Positions 13,605 to 28,773 are shown, counted from the stretch's first letter. The stretch is DNA of 64,000 nucleotides from Chrysomallon squamiferum (GCA_012295275.1 CM022665.1:41540001-41604000), one strand, 5' to 3'. Numbers and translations: made by a program. Notes: generated from the sequence alone by a model not told the origin.

Positions 13605-13971
13605 TTTTAATTACAACGTGAGCTAGAATATTCTTAGAAATCAGTGAGATTTTGATTACGTCAGTTGAGAAAAACCGGTGATGTCAACTGGAACAACCTT
13701 GAAAATCATTTATTTTAATTACAACATCAGTTGGGACAGTCCAGAATTTCAGTGATTTCAGCTGGAACATTCTAGAAAATCTGTGATTTTAATTACAACA
13801 TCAGTGATGTATGATTTTTTTTATTACAGCAATTGGAACAGTCTAGAAATGTTTTTTTTTTTTTTAAAAGAACTATTAATTGGGAAAATCATTTATTTTA
13901 ATCACACCATCACTTAGAACAGTCTGGAATATCAGATATTTTAATTTCATCAACTGGAACAGTCTAGAAAA
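13574..13971 (+). repeat. Degenerate ~44-bp tandem repeat whose first unit is the end of the RPS6KC1 CDS plus its stop codon
   Basis: The unit CATCAACTGGAACAGTCTAGAAAATCAGTGATTTTAATTACAA recurs in degraded form. Positions 13948-13971 match 13574-13597 exactly over 24 nt. Confidence 0.85.
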
Positions 13972-14615
13972 CATGGCAGAGAATCAATTAATTACAGTAT
14001 CATTGAAATTCAGATTACTGTTGCAATACAATTGAAATAAGAGATTTTTAAAAAGATGATGATAATTTTAATGATTTTCAGTACAACATAGTAACCAGGA
14101 CGTCACAGATAACAAAGATAAAACACAAATCATAACTCACTGTCATACACATCAGTCAGAATAGTATTAAAGACTGTGATATTAGAATAAATGTACTTAA
14201 AAACTGGTGCTGTGCATGAGAAAATATAAAATACTAAAATGTTAGTGAAGTATATTCATAATATAGAGCCAATATTAATCAAAAATAAATTACATGGTAA
14301 TTTAAGGCAAACAGCTCTGAAATAGAATCATAATGGATTCTCTCTTGTTAGGGAAGTAGATTTAAGGACTCACCTTGAAGGGAATATTTAAGAATTTATA
14401 TGTTTCTTTTAGATTAAAACAAGCCTGTAATGAGAACATTGGCTGTGTCAAAAGACATTTAGGTTCGTGATGGAGAAAACTGAACTGTTGATGCAGTTCT
14501 CAATGATCTGTTTTTTTTTCTGGCTTTGTTATTTACTAGAACATTGAAAGAATTGATTTAATTTTTAAAAAAAAAAAAATATTATTTATCATTTGACTTA
14601 AACAAACTGTTGTCA

Positions 14616-14783
14616 TGAATATTAACAATGTAATATAACACTGAATATTAACTATGTAATATAATACTGAATATTAACAGTATAATATAATATTGAATGT
14701 TAACTATGTAATATAATACTGAATATTAACAATTTAATATTATACTGAATATTAACTATGTAATGTAATACTGAATATTAACT
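14616..14783. repeat. 26-bp minisatellite, about 6 copies
   Basis: The unit CTGAATATTAACTATGTAATATAATA repeats with few substitutions. Confidence 0.9.
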
Positions 14784-16809
14784 TAAAGCATATCCATTAA
14801 ACTTGTATCGTGAGGACCAGATATATAAATTAGAAAATTTATGAGTTGTACATTGTTCATATATTCACATTTGTTCTGTAGAAAGAAAAAAAATTGTACA
14901 GTTATTTCAGAAAAATTATGAATTAAAATAACATTTCAAACTCAACTGAGCAGCCATATTGACAAAACTTTCAACAAATGAATAATGGATAAAAAAAATA
15001 TATATATATTTTCAGTGTATTACTTTTTCATAATTATTATTTGTTATTTTTTGTCCAAGAACTATTAAAGTTTGAAAGATTTATGTTTTGTAAGCTGCTA
15101 CAAATTAAAAAAAAACACAGTTCTCTGCGAATGTAATTAATGATTTTTTTATTAAGTATGTAAATTTCATTAAATATTAATTTTAACAGAATGTGAACCA
15201 AAGAAATCACTAGATATTTTGAATTACAGAACACGAATTATAAAAAGTAACTAAACACAGAAAAGAAAGTTGGGACCAATTTTTTTTTTTTTTAAGTAGT
15301 TCCATGAATAATAAGAAGATGATGTAAGCAGTTCTGTGATGAGAAAGATGACAAATTAAGTACAATTGAATCTCAAATATATTAGATGAGTTTTAGGAAT
15401 AAAAATAAAAACAGTTAAGACAAAAACACTAAAAATAAGAAGACTATATATAAGTATTAAATAATGGTAAATACATCATTCTTAATTTCACAAGAAGCTA
15501 GGACTAATTTTGCCTTGAAGGAAACTGCAAAAATAATTATTATTTCTTATTGATATTCCTTAGGAAATGTTTTCTTTGTGTCCTGAGATCTTTCTATTGC
15601 TGACAGGAATAGAACATTGAATAGATGTTGATTATGTACAAGGAATTTCTTAGCAACACTATGTGTTGTGTTGTGTGGTAGATTCATGCACACACACACA
15701 AACACACATACCCACACCATATTTGAGTGTGTGTGTGTGTGTGTGTTATTTATATGATTCTACTACTCATAAGAGTGGCAAATTGAAAAATAAAACAGTT
15801 CATTTCATTTAGTTTTTTCATTATTTAGGATTGAAGGACAAAGAAAATAACTGGTTACTGTTTTGAGTTGTCAGCCTTATCCTGCGAAGGTTATAATGCT
15901 GAATGCAGTGAACCAATAACCAGTTTTTCCCTATATATATATATATAAAATGAAATAATCTTGAAGCTTTGCTCTCTATAAATATTCATATATTTGTTTT
16001 TAGTTATTTCGGTGAAAATAAATATGCTGATATATATATTGTCTGAATTATTCTAGTCTTCTGATAAAAACAAGGAAATTTTATAAGAAGAGTTATTCTT
16101 TTCATTGATATTTGCTGAACAGTTTTAAGTAATGTCAACAATATAAATCTAGAATTTGTGTTTGTTCAAGATAATGTTTCATTATGTTAGCTGCAAAAGC
16201 AACACAAGTTGTTTTAAAACATTCAGAAATGGACAAATATATTTTTATTTAACTGTTTAGTTTTATTCTTACGACCATTTTTGCCTTCCCAGTCATAAAA
16301 GTAATAAGCTTTTCCATAAATAAAGAAAAGAAGGAAAAATTAAGTATTTTTTTTCTGTTTGCTGTACACTCTAAACCACTTTAAAATTATTTTTATGTCA
16401 CATATCTTATTGTCAGTATATTAATTTATTTATTTTTAAGGCTGTTTGTGTAAGATAATTATTATGACTGATCATTTCAGAATCATTTGTACATAATGAA
16501 ATGTTGTATTCATTAAAAAGGCCACACACATTAATTTATAAAAGTATTGATAAATGTTTTAAATGGAAATTTCTTTTTGTCAGACGTGTACTTTAAATAC
16601 ATATTTAATTAATTTTATCTCACTGGATTTGTAAGTTTGGTGGTACTTAAACATTTCAGTTGTTTTAAATTGAAATGTAAAAGTAATAATAATAATGATA
16701 AAAAAAGAGGGCTATGTTAATTATTGCAAAGTTTGTATATTTATTAATATTTCATTATAAATTAAATGCATTATTTAATTTAATTTTAGTTTTATTAATT
16801 AATTTATTG

Positions 16810-16847
<38 letters not shown>

Positions 16848-17911
16848 GTTACTATTATTATTATTATTATTATTATTTACATTTCTGTGAACAAATTACA
16901 ACACAGGAAATTACTGATCTCTGATTATTGTTAATTTATTGTTAACAATGGTTGATTGAAAGATCAAGTAAAGTTATAATTTGAAGGTATGTATGTATTT
17001 TGGCACTTGAGTGCCATTAAAGGTACTCTGTAATGCACTAATTTAAGTTCTAAGAACTGTTTCTGTGTGTGAGAAGGTGAAAATGTCTATGTACAGCAAT
17101 AATTGTTATCAAACCACTTTAATCAGTATTCTTTATTTGTAAGAGATTAACTTATAAATACTGTGTATCGATATTTATTAGGTTTTGGAGATATTCCTTT
17201 TTTTTTCTTTTTTTTAATTTTTTTTTTTATCTTACTTTATGAAAATCATTTTTGAAATATAAAATTAGCGTTGTTTAAATAAGTATTCACTTTAGATTTT
17301 AAAATAAAAAAACGAATTTTAAAAATTAAAATTAGAAAAAGCACCTCAACAGTAATGCCTTAGCATGTGTGTACTTGTAATCATGTACATTCATGAAAAT
17401 GCACAATCAGTTTTGATTATAGAATATTTAGCAAATTATCCAGGTAAATTATAGTACATCATGAAAACTATTATTTATATTAATTAAATATGATTAATTT
17501 CAGGCTATTTAAGCTTTGTGCAATATATGTGTTGTGTTACACCTAGGTTTTGTGCAGCAAATACCTTTTTAATTCATTAATTAAATATATATTTATTTAA
17601 CAAAATTTAAATATTCAATTTGTTTTTTGTTTTTTCAGAAAGTTTTTGCTGTGTATTGCACATCAGGAATATGTGTTCAGATGTTTATAAATCATTGTTC
17701 GTATGCTCAGTTTAAGAAAAGATGGGGTGTTATCTCATTACTGTGAAAGAAATTTTTTAAAATTAAACAAAATCATTGAAATAATTTTCTTTTTTAGGTA
17801 AGACTTTCAAAGCATTAAGTTAATTTCGTTAAATAATTTTTAGGTTTTGTTTAATATTTGTCATAAGAATAGTTTCCTTTTATTACTAGTGGTGCTGCTA
17901 TTACTGATGCA

Positions 17912-17942
<31 letters not shown>

Positions 17943-20026
17943 AAATTTTATCAGTTGAAATGTTTGTCTTAATGCTTTTAGACTGCCATTGGGCCTTGAA
18001 AGATATTTTAAAATAAGAATTATACAACAGTGAAAATAAAGGTTAAGTGAAAAAATAAAAATGTTTTCTCAGGATTAATTTTGTTATTTTCTTTTCAGTA
18101 AGTTAACTTAACAAATATATGAAGCAAAAAGTAAATGAAATTTAAATTTTAAAAGCAGTTGATTCATTCTTCTTTTTTTTTTTTTTTATGTTAAATTTTT
18201 ACAGATTACATCCAAACCACCTAATTTGATTTGTTGCTTCAAAAATGTTTTAACTGTACTTTTTTACCCAAGCTACAAATGTTTTTTTTTTTTTCTGTTG
18301 TTGTTTTTTTATTTTATTTTTATATTATATTTAAAAAAAAAATGTTCAACAAAGATGTTTTTATACTCAGTTCCTTTTAACTAGGTCACAAATGTTTATT
18401 TATTTTTTAATTTGGAAAGAGCTTACTATGTCAGATATGAAAAGAAATGACCTGTATTTATTGTTGCATTTGTCATCAATATTTTGAAATGCATTGTACA
18501 TTGTTATCAAGTGCAGTGAATATATGTTGTTATATTCTGGAGATGTGTTGCAAAAAAAAAAAAAAAAGAGATTTATTTGCAGTTCTGTGTCATGTCTTGT
18601 AAGATCCATATTAAAGATGACACTGTACTTACTCCTTGTTTTCATTTTTCATGTTTATGCATAATTTCACAATTATAGTCTATACATTTATAATTTGTAA
18701 GAAAATGATTTAACACTATTTCTACATTTGTAGTGAGACTGTAGATTATATTATTTGTTCTATTATTTTTACTTTTTTATTGATTTTTAAAATATTGATT
18801 TAATTATTTTTAACTGAAATGAATAATTTTTTCTTCATTTTGATACCATTAGACATATAAAGTTAATATTGTGATTGGTAGCTGAATAAGGTATAACAGG
18901 CTTTATTTTAAATATTATTTAGTACTGTTATTATTTAATCAAACAGAAAAAGTATAAATGTGATAATTACACAAATAAAGATATCTTAATAACCTGCTTA
19001 TGAAAATTAAAGTTTTAAATTTTCAAATCAGATCAAGAAAGACAACTATTAAATTATCAACAACCAAAAACGGAAGAAAATCATCATACTTTTCAAATAA
19101 TAATAATTAATAAAAGAAAGAGAAAAAACAAAGCAAGTTTACTATAAATCACATTTAATTTCATATCTGTATTTTGCATTATAATAAACATTACAAAAAT
19201 AACATTAGTAAATTTATAAAGATATTTTTATGGCACAAAACACTAGGGTTAGAAAATGGACAGTTCATTGTAATGAAGGATTTAAAGTATAAACCAGTTT
19301 TAAAACTGAGTCAACAAAATAACTGACAAGTAAAGAACAAAACCAATAAAAATTTGGTAATAATGTGGAATGGATAACAAAAAAAAAATGATGTTTTTGT
19401 AAAAGAAAAATAATGATTGGTGGTTGAAAACAAAGGATTTAACGAAAATATTATCAATAAATTTTATTTTAAAAATCAACAAAAAAACCCCCCAAATATA
19501 CGTGGCCTGAAATTGACAAAATCATTATTTTTATAAAGATTTTTGTTTTGCAAAGTAATCAAACAAAAATATATAATCTTATTTTCAAAACAACTGAATA
19601 AATGTGAAAAATAAAAATGTCAACAAAAATCTTTCTCAAAAGAAACATTAGATAGCCAATTTTACTTCCAAAAATTGTTATTTATGTTATATTTTGATAT
19701 CATGCTACACAGTAGCAAAAAAAATATATAAAAAAAATAATAATAATAAAATAAAAAAAAATAATAAATAATTAAAAAAAAAAAAACAATTAAATTTATA
19801 ATGTAAATAGAAAAGTGATGGTAATAAAATTGTATTTGGTAAATTTATCCAAGATATAAATTTAAAAGATTTGCAAATTATTTCTATCACGAACTAATTC
19901 AAAATCCATTCTTGATTTTGACATGTATTGATTTTGACATGTATCAATTTTATATTCATTCATATCACACTCGTAATTCAAATCAATTTTGCTTAAATAG
20001 TAAATATAATTTTTATTAAATTAAAA

Positions 20027-20060
<34 letters not shown>

Positions 20061-20141
20061 ATACTAGATCAACAAGTCATATAAATATTTGGAGCATCTG
20101 TTTTAAAACTTTTAAATTGTAAAGACAATCATTTTTATCAT

Positions 20142-20543
20142 CTAACACCCACTGTATGGCATTTCGGAAACTTTGATAATAGATTCGACAATAGTGTCAA
20201 CATCAAGTCGAGGTTTTATCTGACACAGATTTACAAATGTGTACAGGTGGCGCAGTGCGTAGTCATTCTGAAATTAAAATAAATTAAAAATAAAAATTTA
20301 TATTACATTTGTATTAAATTTAAATGAAAATGACTTTAAAATCTTTCACATTTATGGTAATAGGTTAATGTATTTGTGTCTTTTTAAAAATTTTTTTTTG
20401 CTTAAATCTTTCAATTTCATGTTATATAAATTTAATGATTCCGATAAGCCAAAAAAAAAAAAAAAAAAAAAAAGACACCCTCCCCATGCATGCAAGTACT
20501 GTTCTTTGCCACTTAATTGTTTCTGTCTACTGAAAGATCATTT

Positions 20544-20615
<72 letters not shown>

Positions 20616-22908
20616 CTAAGAAAAAAGAAAAGAAAATCAGGAAGAGAGACAAACAAACACATGTACAGATCCACTGCTGAACGATTAGAACAAAAAAATC
20701 AAAAGAAACAAAAAAATCATTGTTATCTCTGTATCTTGACATTATCATTAACATTCATTATTCACCAGAAATAATTTAACAATGACTATCAGTAGTAATG
20801 TATGTTTAAAATATATTTTCAATGATTTAAATCATTTTGACTGACCTGTGGAATCTTTAAACCTGGACAGTTTTCTTTCAGAGCCTCAACAGCATGTTCA
20901 TAGCAGTCATAGTTTATCAGAGTCATTTTGTTGTTCATCGCCTTGGAAACCAATTTGTTGTCGTGGTTCAGTGAGAAACCCAAGATGTGCTTGAATGTTT
21001 GTATGGTCTGATCTCTTTTCTGGAAATCAATAATGTATTTATATGTGTATGGAGATGAAGAGATAGATTGACACAGATATTGAGAGATACACTGAGACAG
21101 ACAAATCTGAAATGTTTAGAAATATGTGTGTGTGTATGTATAAGGGAGAGGGAGAGAGAGAGATGTTTAGAAAATCTGGGTATATGAGAGATAGGGACAG
21201 AGGTAGGGAGAAACTGAAATGTTTAGAAATATGTGTATGACTGAGAAAGAGAGAGAGAATGATAGAATAGAGTGAGTGAAAAAAAATGATAGAAAGAGCA
21301 AGAATCTACAATAGAGAAATGATTAATAAATCCACAGATTTCTAATTTGTGACTTGAATGAAATATTCCTATAATTTTAATGTAAAATTGACCTCACTAT
21401 TTCCCCTTTTACTATTATTACTATTATTCTTTTTTTAAATTATTAATAATTATTTTTTTTTTTTTGTTGCTATGATTAATTTGTTTATTGATTGGTAATT
21501 TAATAAAACTTCAATTCACATGAAAGTAATCTATACTGAGACAAACAGAAGCAAACAGTTACTTTCTCTAGTTCAGCAATCTGAGCGAGGTATTTTTCTT
21601 TGGCCTCAGGTGTTTCTGCAAATTCTGCCGATTTGTAGAGAATTGCCAGAGGAACATCTTCAGACTTGACAGCATCTTTCTAAAAACAGATTAAAGACAA
21701 AACATAAATGTACTGGTAAAATAACACAGAAATATCCACACAGACAATCAAACTGAATTATAATTCTGCATAATTCTGATAAATGAATTACAATTTTGAA
21801 TACACTGCCATTATGTTGTAAACTATGTGAAGAGATTCTTTTTTTTTCGAGTTTTTATCATTATTAATCTTTTTTGTATATGTATTTTAAAATGATGAAT
21901 CTATTGTAATTACTCATTTCATTAGCCAAGTTTTTTTTTTGTAAGAACATATCACACTTCCCACAAAATAAATTACTCTGTAATTAAACTAAAAGCAAAA
22001 CAGAAAACAAGCATTTAATTTTATACACTTTATATACAAGTACTTGCAGTTTAAACTGGTTTTCTTTTTACTAATATATTTACTGAATCACAATTGGATA
22101 CTTCAAAAACTATGCATGTGCATACATAGATGCCCATCACACATGCAAACAACCAAAGCATACTTACATTCGGGTTTGGAATTTTAACATTATCTGGGCC
22201 AATTTCAGCAGTCATTTTACCCTGGAATTCTGCAACATCCATATGACTGATGCTCTACAATTACATTTTCAAATATCATGAAACAAAATTAACTGAAAAC
22301 AACCTCCAGGTATTTGAAAATGCTATTAAGACATACGAAAATAGTGAAATAACTGTGCCTTCCATATTATTTTGGCCATACATCGCAACACACACACACA
22401 AACACAAACATATATACAAATCGAAATCATCTAGAAAAAGATCGCATCAAAAGACTTGACTTTTAAACATAAAAATTACATGATAAATACTTCTTAAATA
22501 ATGTTTAAAATAAGTTTATTTAGTTAATTAGCAGTAAAAGAAGACAAAAGTGTTTACATCGACGATCAAACTGAATAAATAGATTTAACATTACTTACAA
22601 GGTCTCCATATTCCTGACAGTGGCTTGTGTTGGTTTCTTCTTTAACAATTTCAAACTGTTTCTGAAGAGTTTCTGTGTTAAGGTTCTCCTGAAAGTTAAA
22701 CAAATTTTGTGTAAATCATGATTATTTATACAGAGAGCAAATAAATTTGTAAATTACAGATTGACATTAATTCCAAAAAATCAATATAGAAATGTCTGAG
22801 ATAGATATTGTGAAACTGACATAAAATGGTGTATTGTAAAATTTTAAAATGAATAATTTATGTAAAATACTGAATTTTTTTTTAAAAGTACTGGTAGAAC
22901 TAGAAGTA

Positions 22909-22955
<47 letters not shown>

Positions 22956-23794
22956 AATATTTTTCAAATCAAATAATTCTTCATGATTGGCTGATTTTTC
23001 TTTTCAACCTCACTCCCTCTCACATAAGTAAAAACATCTACAGCTATATAACCTAAATACATATCTTTTTTCACTTTTGACACTACTATTAGAATGCACC
23101 AAAAAAAAAAAAAAAAATAAAAATATTAATAATAATAAATTAATTCTAAAGTTTTTAAACATTTTATTTAATAAATAACAAAAAAAAAAAAAAAAAAAAA
23201 TGTTCATACTTAAAATGCCGAGGTATTATCAGAGGTTTATTTGTTTATTCATTCATTTATTCATTCACTCACTCACTCATTTCTTCGTGCTTTCTTTCTG
23301 AAAATGTAACTGACCTTGTCAGAATCTTCCATCCAGTTTACACTGTACACATCACCCAGGTAAGTTCTTCTTTCTTTGTCGAAGTAACAAGCGTAGGATG
23401 ACTCGTGTGGATTGGCTGCTGTGGTTGCAAACACTGAAAAAAAAAAAAATAATAATAATAATTTTATGCTGTTTGTTAAACACTGTTGTGTTTAATTTAA
23501 TTAATGACCCCAAACAACTAGATAATACTTAATACATTAAACATATCTGTCTGTCTGTCTAGGTATTTAAGCATGTGTTTACCTCAAGTCTGTCCATCTA
23601 TGCATCCATTTATTTGCACACATTTTTGTGTATGATGATGCATCAGCATGTATTTTACATCATGTTTGTTATGTTGTGTTTATATTGCCTGGGTTATAGT
23701 AAAATGTATGGTGTGTGTGTGTGTGTGTATGTTGTGTGCTCAATCTATGATTAGATTGTTTCTTTAAATATTGTTTGTTATGCTTATTGTATAT

Positions 23795-23834
<40 letters not shown>

Positions 23835-26674
23835 TGTACTGTTTATTAATATATGTATGCTGATATATATATATATAAGCAATTTTCTTCTTCTGAAAAT
23901 CAGTTTTATCTCCTAATTATTACTGCATCTATCTTCAACACAGAAGTCATGCAATAAGCAACATAAACTCACCATTTATGTCTTTAGGCAGAAGATTATC
24001 AAACATTGAACCAGACTCGCAGGCTTCAATATAGAATACCATCTGTAAACACAAAATTAAATTAAATAAAAAAATTAATTAATTTCTAACACATTCCAGC
24101 AATAAAATAACTAGCTATTTAATTAATTTTTTTAAAAACAACACCTCCCCCAAAAAAAAAAAAAAATTGAAAACAAAGTAATTTTTTCTGTTGCATTGTG
24201 TTTCAGGTAATACAAAAATATATATATTCTAAATGCCTAAATATATAACTTATAAACAAATATCCTTTTAAACCACAGTGTTTCAGATAAATATAATAAC
24301 AATTTTTTTTTTTTTTAAACTACAAAAAAAAATCACCACACATATATTCTAAATTCCTAAATAAAACAGCCTATAAGGAAGCACACAAAAGTATTTTAAA
24401 AAGTAACCAGTTTTTCGTTATTATAATTTTTTATAGATATATATATAGCTATACAAAATTTACAAATAAAAAGAACTGTAATTTGAGTACCTTAATAATA
24501 ATTTTAAAAATTAAATCCTCCCAAAAAAGAAATATAACTTAGTGTGAATATTACTGACCTTTTCATACTTCTTTTCGCTGTACATTTTTTTAATGGCTGA
24601 CATCAGATCTCTTGCATGAAGCTACAAAATCAACACTCATATAATTTTACATGTCTTTGTGTATCTACATGTGTATTTATCTGTGTGTCTTTGTTCTTTT
24701 ATGTTTTTATGTGTGTCCATATTTCCATAACAACTTTCCAATTGACAATTACTAGTATAAAGAGAATTACTGTTAAATGAGCCAATAGGAATCATTCACT
24801 GTGTTCAGTATATAGACATTTTATTTAATTAACCATCTGAGAGATATTGTATAATAATATGCATATATACACACACACAAATAACTTGATATAAGAATTA
24901 CCATATACAGCAAAAATATAAATGTATATTGGAATTTGTTAGTGCAAAAAACATCAAAAAAAAAATAAAAAAAAGAAGGAAAAGCTATACAAGTCACTGG
25001 TGTTTGTTTTTCTAATCATGCAAATTGTCTACTAAGGTTCTAAACTAACATCACAAACTAAAACAAATCATGCAAAGGAATGTTAAAACTATTTATATAT
25101 TAGCAGTATTTTGAAATTCAAAACGGAGAAGGTTATCTATCTCTCTAACTCTGTATATGTTTTTTCTGTTACTCTGTCTCTCTCTTCATATTTCTAACCC
25201 TTTCTCTCTCACAGACAATTCTGTATTAACCAACAAAATTTAAATTTGTTTCTGGTATATTACAGTGATGTCTTCTTCTTCTGACTTTGGTTGTTTCTTT
25301 ATTTATTTTATTTTTTCATCAAACATTTATAAATACTTACAAATTCATCATAAAAAGCCAAAATGCCTGGAGCACCATGGTCAGCAAAGTTGACAAAAAT
25401 ATGGTCATTTGGACCACTGAAATTGTTAATATAATAATCAACTAATCAAATATGCTGATTAATGCAAAATATAAGTGAACTGTATATATATATATATATA
25501 CATGCACAAAATAATAATAATAATAATTAAAAAAATGTAAGTAAGAACCAAAGCTCCAAGGAATGTTGTTAGTGTTTTAAGGTCTCAATATTACTAAAAA
25601 ATGAATTTAAAAATCTAAAGATATACTGTTATGCACTAAAATAACTGACAAACACACCATAAAAACCCATTTAAAAAAATTCTTTTTTTGTTCAGCAGTT
25701 CATCATTTGATTTTCCATTTCTCGCAATTTTCAAGTAAATACCAATTACATTTCTAAACATTATTATTCTTTTATCAAATGTTGTGAAACTTATGAACAG
25801 ACAAAAATAAAATTAAAGCAGAAATTTAGTTAATATACCATTCTGTATAAAAATGCTTCATTTTGCATTGCAAAAAAACAACATTTGAATTCATTAAAAT
25901 ACTCTAACGTCAGTTATATAATGCAAAATAAAAATAAAAAGTCTGTTAGCAAGCATGTGATCATTCAATCTAAATAACAAAAACAAAGAAGATATTAGTA
26001 AATGCAAAAATAAAATATGAAGTGACAAACATGTAATGTGGAATTTTTATTTTTTAAATTTCATTGGTCTTAATTCAGGTACTTAAAGGTATTTTTACAG
26101 GTTAATTTTTTTTTTTTTTTCTTTTATACATATAGATATATAATTCCCAAAACAATGAAAAAAATAAATAAAATAAAAATTTTAAATTCAAAATTTTACG
26201 TGAATCTAAATTTGTATTATAAATTCCATCATTCCAAATTATCATAGCTTGTCACAATAATGCCAACTCCTTTTGTAGTAACTGTAACCCTGCACCATCA
26301 GCATTATTACCATTCATGCAGTTAACATATTCCATCCAGAGTTTTTTTTTTTTATATATAATTTTTTTCCCCCTAACTTACAATCTCATCAGGAAATGCT
26401 AGAAGGCCTGGGGCACCATGATCAACAAAGTTCAAAAATATATTATCTTTTGGACCACTGAAAATAAAATATTTCACAGTTTATAAAGTAAATTTTTAAA
26501 TTCAGAAATCTTTTCTCTTATCGAATGAAATATTTTGCATGGATATCTCTGGGTTGTTTTTTTTAACTTTAGAGAATAAAATAACATTTTAATTATTATT
26601 GTATGAACTCAACAGAATCTTCAACTTATTTATATTATTTACTTCAACAGTGTTATTTAAAATCTATGGTTAAT

Positions 26675-26717
<43 letters not shown>

Positions 26718-27822
26718 TTTTCAACTGTTTTGGGGATATTATAATTCTTTGATTTTACTACATGTATTAATATGCTTATATCTAATTTAATGGCTGTAAT
26801 TATTCAGTCATGTACACAAGATTTGAAAAAGCTATATGGTATGCCAAATCTTACAATACAATAATTCATCTTAACAATGTCTTTTCTCTTATTCATTGTC
26901 ACTGTAGTGCTTGATTTTCTACTACAATATCAATTTGAGTATTGTCTTGTTCTTTATTTTTAATATATTTTTCTATTACAACATCAGTTTGAGTATTGTC
27001 TTGTTCTTCATTTGTAATATATTCAGTGTAGTGGTCCATTTTGTATTTCCTTACATTAATTCACTTCAGTATTGATTTTTTTTACTTTCACTTTTGAATA
27101 TTTCCAGTGTAGTGACAATTTTGTCATGCAATATCAACTTCCATATTGACTTTTCCTTCATTCATTGAACATTTTCGTACCTTGTTTTTTTCGTTTGATT
27201 TTTTTTGTCATTACAAAATTTAAAATTAACAATATTTTTAAAACCATATATATCTCTGTTTTTAAAACCATGAATTTTTATTATTTAAAGATAAATAATT
27301 TCTTTTAAATCTGACCTCTTGATGACCTTTTTTCCAGCCAATCCTTGACTAGCCAAATATTCTTCATCCCCTGTCAAAGCAGCCAAGAAATTTCTGGGGT
27401 TAACTTCCTATTTGAAATTAAAAACCAAAAATTAACAAAAAGAACATTAACAGGTCTATGGAACAAATATCAGTGATCTATATACGGAGCTGTATATTTC
27501 CTTACACCTGAAGTACAAATACTGTGGTACGTTCTCTCCTGTTTATGGGAAGGATGACCTTTGCTGATAACAAATAAAATTTTATGCAGTCATTACAATT
27601 TACAGCATCATAATTGTTTTTTTATGATCAACAGCTAATAACCTTCAGTATAAAAACTGCTCAAGATGTAATTAAACATTCACTGACATAGAATATTCTT
27701 TGTTTCGTTTTCTTTAGTGTTGATTAATTAAACTGATATTTAATAACAATAATAACAAAAATAACAATAATAAGAAGAAGAAAAATTGTTATAATGATGA
27801 TAAGAGCAATGACAATAAACAA

Positions 27823-27864
<42 letters not shown>

Positions 27865-28052
27865 CACCAATAATAGTAATGATAATCACTATCATGATCA
27901 ACATCATTGTTATGATGAAAGTACTTACTCCATGAGTATAATCTTTAGGTACCCCATGATACACATCTGGGCCATTTGGCTGATTTATCACAATTCCTGG
28001 TGTTGGATTTCTGTTGTAAAATTATATTCATATATATATATCATTATACATT

Positions 28053-28139
<87 letters not shown>

Positions 28140-28725
28140 GTCAGTTGTCTTGTTTCTTTTTTTCTAAGGTTAATTAAATGTTTCTTGTTAGCATTTTAAA
28201 GATATACTAATACTGCTAGATTCTAGCTTAGTTACACATTCCTGACAAAACTAAGCTATAAAAATTGTTATTAATACTAAATGAAATTACCTAATTTCAC
28301 AGAGCTAAATAAAATTATTATCAACAAGATCATTTTTATTGCATACATCTAGGACTAGGTCATCAATATGCTACAGTTATATCATATTTCTACAACAATT
28401 TAAAGTCTCGAGTATGTTATGATAATTATTTCAATGTTTTAAAAACTAAATCATATAAACTACTAAAATGTTCTTCCTTTTTTTTTTCCTTTTTTTTTAA
28501 ATGTTAAAAACATTTTGCAGCATTGCTAATTATACTAACAAACAAACAAACCATTTGGTCTGACGGTTAATATGTATTCATACTAAGTAACAAATTAAGA
28601 TAACTTATTCATACACAGTAATAAATTATTATTTTCAAATATTTTGGTTTTGTTTATTAATACTTTAGTTAAACAAACCAAACTGACATTTTTATGACAG
28701 ATTTTATCATTCATTTATTATTTAA

Positions 28726-28773
<48 letters not shown>

